DNA from: the human T2T-CHM13v2.0 reference genome, Homo sapiens
Reading direction: 5' to 3' (one strand)
Length of the DNA: 64,000 nucleotides
Assembly (NCBI RefSeq): GCF_009914755.1
Contig: NC_060929.1
Shown piece by piece: positions 1-15,993 of this stretch (the stretch's first letter is position 1; every line of letters begins with the position of its first letter). Below the pieces are notes generated by a model. It was not told the DNA's origin, ran no database searches, and was given only the letters and a program-made list of their open reading frames with translations. The position numbers and the translations under genes were made by a program.

Positions 1-268
1 GTCATCTTTCTCTAATGCCGATAACTGGACTTTCCCCTCCTTTACTCTTTCTTTTTTAACCTACTACTGCTTTGTACGTTCTCTGCATTACTGAGTTTCT
101 CAAGTGAGTTGAAGGCAGGGTGTTTAGTGGCAAGTGGTATTTTGGAGGTAGGAGTGAGAAAAAAACACAAGGCTAGTGATGGCAGTTTTCTCCTCACTTT
201 CTTTGGTTCCTCTTCCAACTAAAAAGAAAAGCAAATAAGAGAAAGGGTGCACATTAAAAAGGGATACC

Positions 269-583
<315 letters not shown>

Positions 584-2614
584 TTACTTGGGACTTGTGG
601 TGTGTGAATTTCAAGTGTTCTTTCTCATATAGGGAAACCAGGTCCCTATTCATCAGTACCTGAGATGAAATACTCAGCATAGCCCAGCTGGGTATTTCAC
701 TTAAATGAAGATGAAGCCAACTTTAGCTGAAGCAACTTTGTTGTCCTTTATCAAGACTGAGTAAGGGTGGGGGAAAATAAAATATTTTTTGACCGAGGAA
801 GCTTTTTATCTCCTGAACATTTTCAGAGACATCTACTTGGACTTGAGAAGGCTGCTAGATTTCTCCAGGCTATAAGTCCTGTCAATCTCCTATATATAAG
901 ATAGAGATGTTTTCTTTTACCCTAGTGTTTATCTCCACAAGTTCCTTCCCCACGATAGGCTTAGGGTAGGGGCCTCACTATTCACCTGCCTGGTAAGAAC
1001 TAAAAGACCCAAGTCTTCAATTCTAGCCGTGATGTAAGAAACAGGAATAGTTTTACCTAAAATTTTGTCAGTCCTGCTAATTTAAAATTTAGGCTTTTTG
1101 CTAGTTAGTGTTAAAGGATATTGTAGGTTAAGAAGGTTTTTGTCAGCTTCCTGGAGATCTAACCTCAGTATAATATTGTATAACATCATTTCTGTGAGTA
1201 AATATTTGTTAACTCTCAATAAGTGGAGTTTTATAAACTCAATGATATTTAAGGTGCAGGGTATTTAGTCTAAAAATTTACGTATAGTTTGTGCACTAGG
1301 GCTACTAAATCTAATTCACACAAAAGCACCACATTGCAGAATCCTAAGGAACAATCAAAGGTGGAATCAGTAGAGGAAGGTGTTATTAGGTGGTGTGAAT
1401 TTGAGGAAGAAAAAGGAGGAAGAAGGGATTAAAAAAAAGCTTTTTATTAAAGGAATAAAGAATCGAGCATCATCTCGATGAAGGATTGTCAAGATTCTTA
1501 AAGCTGAACATGTGCTAAAGTATAACAACTGGTGGATTGGTCTGAGCATCTAGGTAATTTGTGGGTGGATTAGTCTTTGCTGGTTAATCGTCCTGTTGAG
1601 GCTTTTACATGCTACAGAGTAGCTGTTAGGTGTGTCACTGCAGTAAAATCTGATTGCATTATTGTCTAGGTTATAAGTTTGTTGCTGAGATCATTGAATG
1701 CTGTGGTAGCAAACGTCTCATAAGAGCATGAAATGGTTTTTAGCAGCAGCCTCGAAGCTACTGGATGTATATAGAATAATGGAAAGACTGGTGGATATTC
1801 ATACATTAGATATTTGAGGATATATTGTGAGCAAGGACTTGTTGTCACCTAGAGGCAAGATTTTTTAGCAGAAACATGACTAATAAATCACTACACAAAC
1901 TGCTGTGGAAGCATATGTTAAGTCCCACAGGGAGCTCAAATGAAGGAGTCAGTAGGGGAAGCTTTTACAGAGGACTTACATTTAAGCTAGATTTTTACAG
2001 GCAGTTTTCTAGGCAAAGTAGGGAAAAGAAGGACATTTCCAGTCAGAGTTAAAAGCATATTAGGAATGAAACACCAATGGTTGTTTGGGGGAACTAAGAA
2101 GATACTGGTCTGCTAGAGTGAGTATACTGAGAGCAAGTGGTAAGGATTGGAAGAAGATAAGATTGGAACATCTGGTGTTTTGAGATTAGATTGGAAATAT
2201 TTTATCCTCTGAACCAGGATTCCTTGTAGGCCGATTGTTTTGTTTTGCTTGGCCATGTATATTGTACTTCTTAAAAACAATCTGAAAATTTCAAATGATG
2301 GAGAATAATATGAAGTGAAAAGTAAAAGTTTTTTTCTGCTTTCCTAAACCTCTGTTATCACTCCTCAAAGGTTACCGGTTAATATTTTGTTGTCTTCTTT
2401 CATAAAATGTTGTATGCAGACACGGTATATTTGTCTTTTTTATCATACTTTTTAAAAAAAGTTTTAGGGGGTAATCTTTTTAATTTTTAAAATTATGTTG
2501 TTGTTAGAATCATACTTTAGATGTAGTCTGTGTTTTGCTTTTTTCACTTAACACTATAAATCAGGAGACTGTTTTAAAAAGATAACTGGCTTCAGTATAG
2601 AGTATAGCATGGTA

Positions 2615-3101
2615 AGCATTTATTCAATAAATTACTTATGGCAGGCATAGTGTCTGCTAAGCTTTTCCTCGACCCTGAGGATACAGTGATGGGTATCATT
2701 TAGGAAGCCATTTCCGTAGTGCACGTGAATGTTAATGGAGTCCCAAAAGGTAATGGGAATGGATGTAAGAACTGTATTGAGATAAAATTGATAAAAATAG
2801 CCCATCAATTGTCTGTGGGAAATGAGAAATCAGAATATATTTAGGATGATTTCAAGGTTTACAATTCAGGAATTCAGTAAAACACATTAGGGAAATAGGT
2901 GTGTTTATTTGTATATATCTGTGTATCTTTGTTTTGGGGAGGGGGAGGGTTCGTGATATGAAGGAGTTCATTTTGAACATAGTGTTTTTGAAGGATGTTC
3001 AAGTTATTGAGGTGAAAATTTCTGATAGGCAGAGGAAATAAAGTTCAGAGCTCAGGAGAGGTAAGAAGTAGAGTTGGAAATTTTTTCTTTTTTTGCTTTT
3101 C

Positions 3102-3144
<43 letters not shown>

Positions 3145-3480
3145 TTGTAATAGCTAAATCCTTGGGAATGAGTACAATTGCCCAGGGAGAAGAGGGCTCG
3201 AGGATAAATTAGCAAAGGAGACTGAGCAGTGGTCATAGAGGAACGACAAGAATCGAGAATATCACTTTCGGAGCCAAAGGATGAGAGGGTTTCAAAGGAG
3301 TGGTCAGCGGTGTCCCATAATACAAATGGGTCAGATGGGGAAGCACTGGAAAGAGGCTATTGGATTTGTTGACTACATGTTCAATGTAACCTTAGAGGTT
3401 TCAGGAGCTATCATAAGATGGAAAGATTCATTTGGAGGAGGCAGGGCAGTAAACAAGAAAAGGTGGGCAGTGGTTAATCA
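2615..3480 (-). mobile_element. Degenerate L2 LINE fragments (approximate)
   Basis: tttattcaataaat...ggcatagtg antisense L2 3'-end motif followed by purine-rich L2-like body. Confidence 0.5.
3104..3142. repeat. (TG)n microsatellite, about 19 units
   Basis: Direct reading. Confidence 0.97.
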
Positions 3481-3708
3481 GAAGCAGGTGAGTTTATTTA
3501 TAGCTTTTCTTTTAGCTTGGGCAGTTCTGAGTATGAACTTTATTTTTCCGGAGGCCTCTTAGCCAAAATGTGATAGACAACATAGGAGTAAGCTTCTGAG
3601 AAGTTAAGACACATGTCACAAATTCAGGGTAGCATAGCCCATATACCAGTCCACACACATTGATTTCTCTGGTTTCTCAGGCCGTACTGGTTAGAAACAA
3701 CAGAAGAG

Positions 3709-3710
<2 letters not shown>

Positions 3711-3757
<47 letters not shown>
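3711..3757. repeat. (GT)n microsatellite, about 23 units
   Basis: Direct reading. Confidence 0.97.
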
Positions 3758-3758
<1 letters not shown>

Positions 3759-5235
3759 TGAGAGGCAAGCATGCTGACAGCCTCAAGAAGTAAATAGCAC
3801 ATAACCTTTCAGTGAGGGAAGAAGAGACCAGAACACACACACACAGGCAGAAGAAATGATGAAGATTTACTTAGCCTAGTAGAGTGTCCATTTACTGCTG
3901 AGGCAAAAAAAACCTCAGGAACTGCATATACTTAAAGTACCCTCTGCCCACCAGGTGCCTTTCTCCTAGTGAGTTCTTTCCTACTTTTTGCAGTGTTAAT
4001 TCCTGCTCTCCCTTCAGTTATGGGCTCAATTGTCTTTCCCTCAGGAGAACCATTAGTGACTCAGGCCCCTTTGTTATATGAGGCTTCACAACTGTGTTTA
4101 CTGTCTTTGCAGCAGTTATCTCCGTGTGCAATTCTGAGCTCATTTGCGTGGTTATTTAATTGTGTATCTCCACTTAACTCTGGGCCGTTTGTTTACAATG
4201 GGCCCAGAGTACATAAGTGGTATTCAAAATAAATGTGCCAAGGCATATTTAAATGAATCTGAATGCACCTCTTTTCAGCTGTCATCCTGTGCCTCCTCCA
4301 TCTACAAAGCCATTAATATAAAAGAGACCAATATTTCCTATAAACTTCCCTATATCTGTACCAACATTATTAAAATATTCCTAGACAATTTGACAATCAA
4401 GGTGTTAACTCCACATGCTGATCAATAGAACAGAAAACCATCTGGGTGCTCATGCAACCCATTTTCTCCCTGCTTTCCCTCTCCATTCCTCCTCTCTCCC
4501 CTCTTTTCTTTCTCTTTTCATCCTTCTCTAAAGCTTATTTTAAAAACAAAATATGCATGTGATGCAAAAGTGAAATACCATGTCAATATTCACAAGAGAG
4601 GGAGAAGGGATGTTTCATTCTTTCTCTGAAGTTGTATATAAGCTTGTGTTTATTTTTTAGGAGTTCTCTAGTTTTTATCAGATTCACAAAGGGGTCCATG
4701 ACTAATCTAATCTCTGACTTTATAGGTGAGAGAATGAAGAATTTTAAAGATTGATGCAAGTTTATAGAAATAATTTGGGGCAGAATCAAGATTAGAACCC
4801 AAGAATCTCTTCTCCTTTCCACTATGTTAGGGTCAGTCCTAGAAAGAACCACAAGCTCCTGGAGCTGGAAGAGGTTTTGATTCCTCATTTAATGATCACA
4901 CGTTACATATGAAGAAATTGATACTTGGAGAAATTGAGTGAATAAGCTAAGAAGCAACAGTACAAATTAAAGCACAATACTCATGATTCCTGGATTTTTG
5001 CTCTTTCTAAGTAATGCATATTTATATTATCTTCAGAAGTTGATTATCCACTCATCTTGAGAAAAAGATGTTCTGTGCTTTTTGCACAGAACAAATTAAT
5101 ATTTTTATTAATTTGAATGTGATGTGTACCATTATGATACCTCTGCTTGTGTGTGTTTGAAAATAAACATTGTTTAACCTGGGTTTTAGTAGGGGGTGTG
5201 TTTTTTTAGTCTACTTCGTTCTGTTTGCTTTTCAG

Positions 5236-5427
<192 letters not shown>

Positions 5428-5482
5428 TAAGATTGTGTTTGGTTGGCTTACCTGCCTGGAATGGATAAGAGCAAACCCTGAG

Positions 5483-5685
5483 GCAGTGCTGTCTAATGTG
5501 GTAGCTACCAGCTACATGCAGCATTTACATTTCAATTAAGTAAAAATGTAAAATTTAGTTCGTCAGTTGCACTGGCTACATTTCAAGTGCTTAGTAGCCA
5601 TATGTGGCTAGTGGACACGGTGTATAGGACAACAGAGTATAGACAAAATATTTCTTTTGTCACATATAGTTCTGTTGGACAGCCT
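5483..5685. mobile_element. MER3-like hAT-Charlie DNA transposon relic
   Basis: cagtgctgtctaat...tttcaagtgcttagtagccatatgtggctagtgg...ttggacagc resembles the MER3 consensus. Confidence 0.75.
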
Positions 5686-6109
5686 TTCTCTAGACTGTTA
5701 ACATTTCTAGGCTTCTTGGGATTTTTATTGGCTAATAGATTTGTTGACTTTTGTTACTGCATTATAACAGTACTGTGTGTTTACACTGCACAATATAAGG
5801 CAGTGTTTCTGACTTTTTCTGACTACAACCCACAGTGAGAAACATAACATGTAAGTGATTGTAACTAAGTTTTCTGAGATAATACCCATCATAACTAAAT
5901 GCAGTGCATACATTAAAGTTGTTTTATGATGAACACAACACAAAAAGACTTCTAAAAAAATTATATTTTTACCCAAACCGCATTATAACAACTGTTTTTT
6001 TTTTTTTAAAGGGAAAGCTGTCATTCTAGTTTCCACTGCTCTCTTCTTTCAATTATTGTCCTTATTTATATAATTCAAATAAGCAAATTCTAACATACTT
6101 TGTCTCTGA

Positions 6110-6260
6110 AATTAGAGACCTGAGTTTGAATCCTGGGTCTATTATTTGCTAGCTCTAGACTAATGATAGACATAATAGCAATATTATTAGGATTCAGTGA
6201 GATAATGCATTAAACACTTAGCAAACTGAAGCATAAATGCTTGGTAAATGTTAATGGTTA
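6110..6260 (+). mobile_element. MIR SINE fragment
   Basis: agacctgagtttgaatcctgg...gagataatgca...taaatgttaa MIR motifs. Confidence 0.6.
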
Positions 6261-6699
6261 TTCTGCTTTTTTTCATATTGCTACATGGTCTTCATAATTT
6301 TTTTTTTACTGCTTACTATTCTATGGAATGTATAAATAACATGGTACTTATCATTTCCCTTGTCTGACATCTAGATAGTTTTCAGTTTTTCTGTTTTCTG
6401 CAATTATGGTTGCAATAAACTTCTCTAAGCATCTGGATTTTCCATTATTTTAGGTAGTTTACCTATGAAAAATTTCCATATATGAAGTTCTTAGGAATGT
6501 TTTGAATTTCTACAAATGAATATTTGCAGATTATGAAGTTTTAAAATAGCAATAACAGTTATTTTAGGAGATCCTAAGCACTGTATTTTTTTTTCTAATA
6601 TAAATGTGTATGTCATTATTTCCTGCAGTTCGTTATTCTGTGACACATTGTAGTTTTTGCTAGTTCAGTTCTGTCTGGGATTAGAAGACCAAATTAAAA

Positions 6700-7150
6700 T
6701 GATAGATTTTTTTTTTACAGAACAAAATGATATTAACGTTCATCTGGCAGAAAAAAAGTCTGTCAGAATAGCCAAAAATTTTCAGAAAAAGAGTCTTGCA
6801 ACTACCAGATGTTCAATTACATTCTAAAATGTTTTGGAAAAGAAAGCTGGACAGTTGGGTAAAGGAGACAAACATAGGCTCCATTCAAATACATGTGGAG
6901 ATCTAGTTTATGACAAGGTTGTATTCACATCAGTGAGGAAAAGTTGGGTGGACTATTCAGCAATGATGTCTCAACCTACAAACCATTTGGAGAAAAAAAT
7001 AAAAGCACATTTTTATCTCATGTCTTACAGCTAAATTCAAAATGGGTCAGTGAATTAAACAAATCCTTCAAAATTCTTTAAGAACACATAGGTAAAATTG
7101 CATCTAGGGATAAAGTTGGATAATGCTAGGATATATTGTGAAAAAATTGG
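6700..7150 (+). mobile_element. Old L1M ORF2-region fragment
   Basis: A-rich decayed L1-like text (gactattcagcaa, aaccatttggagaaaaaaataaa). Confidence 0.55.
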
Positions 7151-7171
7151 ACAATATATAATATGTATATA

Positions 7172-7427
7172 TTTTTGAGACAGAGTCTCACTCTGGCTGG
7201 AGTGCAGGGTATGACCATGGCTCACTGCAACCTTGAACTCCTGGGCTTAAGCAATCCTTTTGCCTTAGGGGCGCACACCACTGCGCTTGGCTAATTTTTT
7301 CATTTTTTGGTAGAGGCAGGATCTTGATTTGTTGGCTAGATTGGTCTTAACTTCTGGCCTCAAGCAATCCTCCCATTTTGGCCTCCCAAAGTGCTGGAAT
7401 TACATGCATACACCACCACACCTGGCC
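7172..7427 (-). mobile_element. AluJ with internal deletion
   Basis: tttttgagacagagtctcactct...gcctcccaaagtgctgg...cctggcc; flanking attggac repeat. Confidence 0.88.
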
Positions 7428-9470
7428 ATTGGACCATAATCTAAATTGAAAATAGATCATATAACATTGTGCAGTTCAAACAGAATATTCAAATGGAAAG
7501 GGTAGAATCAAGTCAATATATAATGGTAGTTACAGTGGAGAAAACAGCATTTGACAGCACGTAGAAAGAACCATGAACTTAGTTCTTGAACTTCATGTGT
7601 TTATTCTAAAAACAAACAATTTTGTTTCATTTTTTAGTCTTCTAAAATTTTGATTTGAGGATTCATTGTGGTGGTGTAGTAACTACATAGCATGTCTTCA
7701 TAAAACAAGAAAAACTATGGCCTTCCTTAAAAGAAACCTAATCTTTGCTGTCCCTGCTATGCTCTCTTTTCTAAAGTGTTATATTTGATCTGTCTTCTGA
7801 ACTCTAGTCCTTTGACTATATAACTATGAAGAAAAAATATGCTACTTCTTAGGGAAAATATGATGTAAAATAATCTTGATTTTGTGATTATTGGTCTGTT
7901 TGTATTTAAAGGGAGTAGAATTTTAACCTAGGCAAATACATTGGATAACAATATTTAGGAGAAAAATATTACAGTGGCAAAATTTATTTAGAAAGCAAAT
8001 TTAATGTTTTTCATTGTTTATAAAATGTGTTGTCATGTTTCTGAAAAATTCTGCTTATAATCTAAGTTATAGAGTAAATTAAGTTATGGCTAGCAGTGAT
8101 GATTTATTTTGTATAATATTTGATTTAAATCATTTTAAAGGGGTAAGAAGAGGGACGAGAAGTAGAAAAAATAAATGGATCTGCTAAATATTCAACAGGT
8201 ATATGTGGACTTTTCTTTTAGAATTAGCAGTGTTGTTAAGAGTTAGTGTCAGACAAAACTGTGTTTGCCATTCCTGACCCTTTCTCCCTCTTACCTAGCC
8301 ATGTGACATTTTGCAGGTTTAATTCTTCTGAGCTAATTTCAGCACTTATAAAATGGAGTAATAATAGTGTATACTATGTCAGTGAAGTGCCAGCAGATAA
8401 CAGAAAATACACTTACCTGGAATTTGAAGATAATTTAATGAAGGGACTATTTACAGAGATGTAGATGGAGTTTAGGGAACAAGTAAGGGATGATGAAGAA
8501 TTTGTCTAGGGGATTAGCAGCAGTAGAAAGGCAGCATTGCCACCTGGAGCCCTCCAGCTGGTGCATCTCATTGGCTAAAGTTAACAGCCAGAGAGGGGTA
8601 GGGAACACAGCAGGTCAGAGAGGGGGAGATAAAGGACTGGGAGAGAGTTGTATGCCAAACAGGAACCAGCTAGTTACCTCTTAAGGTTGTTGTGAAACAA
8701 TGAGTAGAATGTGACGCAATACAGGTTCAGTAGGTAAAGGTAGCTTTAACTTTTCAAAACATTTAATTAATCTAGGCATGTGTGGAGGGGTCTTAAGAGA
8801 AAAATAGACCTTTCAGAATATATAACAGAACAAAAGTCAGGATTAATTGAAAGTTTCAGGAAAAGATAATAAAGAAGAATGGAAAAGAGGAAGTTGTAAT
8901 TCACATGAGGTGTCTTAATACTTTACGCAATACTTTTATCAGTGTATGTGACCTTAAAGGTTAAAAAAAAAAAAAAAATGGGAAAAGAAATTGTGTACTA
9001 TATGACTAGTATACATATTTGTTGATGGAGAAGATAGTAGAGTTTGCAGGAGCAGGATGGTGGAGTTGAGAGGGAGCAGAATGTCCCTGCAGGAGTAGAT
9101 TCTGTAAAAGATACGAAATAATATTGTGCATGTTCAAATTGAGTAATTCTCTCTGATCTTTCTCAGGTTCCTTTCTCATCACATCTTGAAAAGCACTGTT
9201 TTTTTTTTTTTCTTCTTTTCTTTGTTTTTCTGGTTTGTTTTTAGATTTTCTTTGTCCATGAAAACTCAAAAGAAGAAAGGCAGGTTTTATCAAATGACCT
9301 GTGGAGGGAGCTCAATACCTTATTTGGATACTCAACTATTTGCTGACTTACCTTTGTAGTAAAAAGCTGTATGACCGTATGTGTGGTAGCTTTAAATCTC
9401 TGTCTTAAGATCTTATTTCATTTGAGTGGTAGGAGATTGGAAGAAGGAAAAAAAAATAACTTACTGGTGA

Positions 9471-9665
<195 letters not shown>

Positions 9666-12484
9666 TAGTCTGTGAAGTACAGTAGTGTCCTACTGGAAAG
9701 TAGTAACAATGGTTTCATAAAAAGTTACTTGTTGTCTTGAGAAAGGCAATCTAAGTCACCTTGTAGGCTGGCAAGATTTTGTCTAAATTATTTATGTTGG
9801 GTTTTAGGTTGTAAAATGCGTTTTACCTGAGGCTTTATTGTTTTAATAGTCTGCTCTTTTCATTTCCTGTCCTTAAGTAACTATATCAGCCTGTTCCACA
9901 CATCTGTGATTGGAGAACATGAGCCTTTGGTTAATTGAGTATATGTGTATCACATTAGACACTGTGTGTCCTTTACTGTCTGATGCATGTTTTCCGGTGA
10001 ATGGTAACAGTTTTCATCATAGATTTCCTCTGCAACTAAACTGCACCCTTTAGTTAAATAAATACTTGCCATTTTTGTAGAATAGGCCACAGAACTCCAA
10101 TTTCTTTAGAAGACCTATAGTAGGTCTTGGAGATTCTCGAATAAGCCACTGACTGACCTTACAGGTGAAGAACTCAGTAGCTTCCTAACCACAGCAAATT
10201 GTTCCCAGTTGAAGAGACCACCTGAAAAGAAAGTTAATGGCTTTAGCTAAGCAAAGCATACTTGAAAGAGTTAAAATAAAAGGCAATTAAGGCTTCTTTT
10301 CACTTAACGCCAATCCATTAATTGGTAAAATTTAGTTACTATTGTTTTGCAATTATGAATCTGTCTTTTAAAGTCATCCTTTTTCTATGATGTCCAGATT
10401 ATGAGACTTCGAAAATGGGATAAGGCTGAGAGGGGAACCAAAAAATAAAAATAAAAAAAAAAGCCTTAATAGAAGTGAAGGGCTGGAGGAGATAATTGTC
10501 TTGTTCTGTTCTATAGAACAGAACAGATTAGCTCTGGAATACTGGAATTGTGCAGGTGGATGCTGCATCCTTTCAAGAGAGTCATCAAATCAGTTGGTAA
10601 CTCTTATCAGCTGGCCATAGTAGTTATCAATATATACTTTCTTATAAAGAACATTGCAAACACCTGAGGCTGGAGCTTATTAATAGGTTTGTGGGAGGCA
10701 AACCACGGTTACTTTCAGATATTTAATAAAAGCCATTCTAAGGGCAAAAGCCTCATCTCATCTTGTTTCAGAATGATCCTGTATGTCAGGAAAGAAAAAA
10801 AATTAGGGCAGTGTGAAAATGATTGTCTTATTCCTTATATTAGATTTACTTTTGCAAAGGTTAGGCCAGCTGGAATTCTGAAGACGGGATTAACACAGTA
10901 TATAAAGACAGGATGGCAGAACTCCCATGTGATATAGTCTTACCATTAACATCACTACCACTTACCAATTAGAGAAGAATTTGACTGCATGTTGCTGACT
11001 TTTAGGCTATGATAAATAACCTGTGAGCCCAAGGCTTCCCATCTTTGCAATGAATGTAAAAGAGAGTTGAAGCAAACAGTCTCTAGCCTAGGATAAGATC
11101 ACACTAACCTTGCTCACTAATGCCACCTTGGCCTATTATCTGGCATTTAACTCAGATCCTTTATATAATAGTACTTTATGGTTTACGTATATGATCTCTT
11201 TGGATTCTCACTCCATCTCTGTAAAGAAGATAGAACTTTCCCCATTTCTCTCGTGGGAGGCAACATGTATGACAAAAGAGGATAAACATTGCAGGGGTTA
11301 CACTTGGTTTTAGATTCCAGCACTGCCATTTGGAAGCTCTTAAACTCTCTCAACTTCATTTTTTATGCTTGTATATGGGGTGATAACCTTTCTGATTTGG
11401 TTGTGAGAATAAATGAAAAAAAATGATTAACACATTGAATCGTTCAGTCATTAAAAGTTACTATACAAGAAAGTAATAAGAACTGTTATTATAATTAGAG
11501 ACCAAGTAATCTCTGGTCTCTCCTTACTCTTCACTAAAGTTAGCATGTCTGGACTTTACATGTTAAATGAGATAACTTAAAAATAAAACAACTTTCAAAA
11601 AAGTATGTAAGACTTAAATATTTGGGGCCTACTTTTTGTTCTTGACAGTTAATGTTTTTCTTTGTCATTAATAAGCAGACAGTTGGCTTTCTGACCACTT
11701 TCATTAAAAATAAAAAAGCCCTTGTAACAGATTAAAATAGGATCTATATGAGACTTGTCTCCCCACTTACTTAACCAACAGCTCCTGCTGTGGAAGTAAC
11801 CTGCCTCTCTCTGTTCCCATCTTGTTGATTCCTACTATGGTCTCCTGGATAGATAGCTTCCTATCAACAGCATACCCTGAGATTGGATCACTCTGGTTCT
11901 CTTAGCTAACTTGCATCTGTCTTTTTCAAAAGAATTAATTGTCTAAAATGGCGGGGGAGTAATAGTTAAACATATGACAGAGTATCAGAGTAATTATTAG
12001 AAAATGGATAGAATAATTTGAGATAGGAATTAGGTCAGAACTGTGAGCTTCCTAACGATGAGGATCATATCTTATTTATATTTTTAGTTATGTGTTCTAT
12101 AGAGTCCTGAAGGTTTTACAGACGAGAGTACCCATGGGGGAGGAGGAGGGTGGTGGTGATCAGGTGGGTGGTCCCACTCCATCCACCAAATAGGTCCAAG
12201 TTATCTGGGTTAAAAGTGTGTTCTTTGTTGAAGATTTCTATGCCTTAAAAGCAACAAAAACCAAAAAGTCAATAATAAAAGCCTCCTCCATAAAGTATTA
12301 ACTTAGATTAAGTGGAGTTTCTGACTCATTTCCTCTGTTACTAAAGGAGTATATTTTCTGTTATGTTTATTCAGCTTTAGTGTTAGCTTTACGGAAATTT
12401 GAAGAGGAAGTCTTTTTTAACTTTTGGTAAAAATCACGAGTGCCTAGTAAATGTTAATGAACAGAAAGATGAACCTGGCTCTAA

Positions 12485-12682
<198 letters not shown>

Positions 12683-12869
12683 TGAACATTTTGGCATCAA
12701 CTGTTTATGAAATAATAGACCAAAGAATGATAGACGTGTTCACTCACATGCAAATCTCATCTGTCACAAACTTTTAAGTTCCATTGTGTACTTAGCATCT
12801 TGTGGTACATAAAGCTTTGGATGCTAAACTAAAGTCTTTTCTTATGCTTGCTTTGGCATTATTTTCTAG

Positions 12870-13070
<201 letters not shown>

Positions 13071-15154
13071 TGAAATGCCATAAAATGTGAATATTCACTG
13101 AAAAAGAATAATGAGAATTTTAGAGATGGCTTTGTTGATTGATGATTGCAAAATAAATGTTTGCAAGATCTGTATAAAAATTCCGATTTCCCATTAAAGA
13201 TCCACTGGTGTGAGGGAAATACTGCTTCACAAGTGTACATTCTCCATCTGAATATTCTTTGAAATTATATACCAGTAACTTCAACTTAAGTAAAAAGTGT
13301 AAATATTTTCTCAAATTTGTCACCTTTGGCTTAGGCCACTGAAAGGAATTCGGGGGTCCCTGTTAATATAGCTGGCCTTTAATATTTGTTTACTACTTTA
13401 TTCTGTATATATACACACACATACACAGAGAGAGAGAGAGTATATGTGTTTTAAGCATTATTCTAGGTATTGGGGATGGTCTAAAGAAGTGGAAATTTCT
13501 GAAACTCAGGTGGTACAGGGAGAGCATCAGGAATGATAAGGAGTAGGTCTTAAATAAGACTTAGATACACAATTATGGGAGAAGAGTAAAGATTTCTAGC
13601 AACCCTTCATTTATAAGATCAGGGAGTGATATCTAGTTTGAAATTGGATTTTTAGATGTAAAAGGATTCTGTAATATCTGGAATTTATAATATAAGCTCC
13701 TTAAGGTCAAAGACTTATTTCCATATCTTTATATTTTCTACAATGCCTGTCACAGTTCATTGCAAATATAAGTACAGGGTAAGTTTTATTAAAATGCATT
13801 AATTTATGGGAATCATTTAACAGTTTAACACTGTATTATGGTGATGCAGAGGTGTGGTAAATTAATAAAAATAAACATTACCAGGAGAATGGGCAGTTAT
13901 GTCCTTTGTTTATAGAGTTTGTTTGAGACAGAAAGTGGTTTGGGCCTGGGGTATACTGTCTTCTCTGCATCTGTCTCACCCTTCTTCCTTGGGTTTCCTA
14001 ATCAGTACAATCAGTACTACCATCTTCATAGTATTACAATATATGCTAAATTTAACCTTTGTGACTTCTGCATCTTACATCTCAATCTGTACCTCACTTC
14101 TGCTTTTTGTCCTTTTGTCTCATCCTTAATTTTACTTCCCATTTGTTGCTATACAATGTGTGTGCATAGTTCAAACTAAATTTAACTCTGCTATTTTGAG
14201 AGGAACAAGTTAAGGGGTAATCCTTGTAGGTTACAATAAGAACATTTGGTAGAATTTAGCCTTTATAAACAACTGACCATTCAAGTACTGCAATTTTACA
14301 TTCTCTAGTTATTCTTGCTAGCAGAGCTCCTATTGTCTCAAATTTAAAAATTGCATTAAACAGTTTTGCCAACTACTGTTTGTTAAATGCCATCATCCTG
14401 GATCCTTGGATTTCTTTAATAAATTTGTGTCCCTTCCTTGGCTTTTATCTTCTTTCATCCATATTTCCTGTATTTTTTCACCTCACGCTACACCTCCCTT
14501 CTTCTGGTCATGGTCCTCTGTGGATATGATTCCTAGTATTAAGCCACTCCTGGATCCCATGCATCAAATTACCTTTACCAATTTGAAATTCTAAAATAAA
14601 TGACTGGCAGGTTTCTGCTTTTCTCAGAGCCATGCTGGCTGGCTTCTCCCACACATTTACAAATTCTTGAGATTCATATATTTATAGAAAACAGCTTTTA
14701 AAGTTCTGTGTTTGGCTATCTTCCAGATATCTATTTGCATATTTAAACCCATCTAGCTGACTTTGCTCTGAGAAATATAGTTCTCCTACTAGGGGGCAGT
14801 GGATGTTGGTAGTCAAATAGTAAATTTGTGTGTTCCATCTCCATCGTTATAGTTTTGCTTTCAGTAATCCATTTTCACTTTACCTCTTCTGGGAAAACGT
14901 ATCCTAGAAGAGTTGTAAGATTATGAGAAAGACTTACATGTCTAAGACATAGAAATACTTTTTAAACTCTATCTTCCCATTGGCCTTTCCTAAAAAAGTT
15001 AAGTCAGTTTATGGTTTACGTAAACTGTTCTTTGTAAGCCTGTTTTAAATAAGGCAAACTTGATAGATTTTGTATAATTTGTTCGGATAAAAATCCTTGA
15101 AGGTTAAGCTGTTAATATGAAAAATAGACTCTTGAACTTATAAGCAAAATATAG

Positions 15155-15370
<216 letters not shown>

Positions 15371-15754
15371 TAAACATAAGTTATTCTAAAAATATCCTGA
15401 AGCAAACTCTAGCTACATTTGTAAATACAATTATATTATGCTATTACTATTTATGTCTTATAACATATTCATCTTGTGAAGATAAATGTACTTTTTGTTT
15501 TAAAGACATTAGAAAGATGATTTGTGTTTGACCTCAGCAAAAAAAAAAAAACAAAACTCAGAATATCTCTATTTTTTACGGGTACTTTTTACTTTTCCTA
15601 GGATTGTTTTATTAAATTTCAGTCTTCTTACTTTGTTTCTGGTCTCCGAATCATTCTGCATGTAAATAGTTGGCTTCCTTAATCTCCCTTAAACATAGCT
15701 TTTATGGTATTATCCTTCTAAACAGAAATCTTTAGTGTCCCTGTTGCCCTAGAG

Positions 15755-15993
15755 CAAGCTTGTTCAACCCACGGTCCACTGGCCACAGCCCACATGATGC
15801 CCAATACAAATTCTTAAACTTTCTTAAAACATTATGAGATTTATGCATAGGCTTTTTCTTCTTCTTCTTCTTTTTCTTTCCTGCTCATCAGCTATCTTTA
15901 ATATCAAGACAATTTTTCCTCTTCCAATGTGGCCCAAGGCAATTTTTCCTCTTCCAGTGTGGCCCAGTGATGTCAAAATATTGGACACCGCTG
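15755..15993. mobile_element. MER30 hAT MITE with 8-bp TSD and internal 30-bp tandem duplication
   Basis: caagcttgttcaaccc...ttggacaccgctg termini; TSD ccctagag (15747-15754)/cactagag (15994-16001). Confidence 0.85.

Noticed and set aside
10148-10260. ctgactgaccttacag|gtgaag cryptic acceptor in intron 3
   Set aside because: Weak pyrimidine tract and no convincing downstream donor; not supportable without RNA data.
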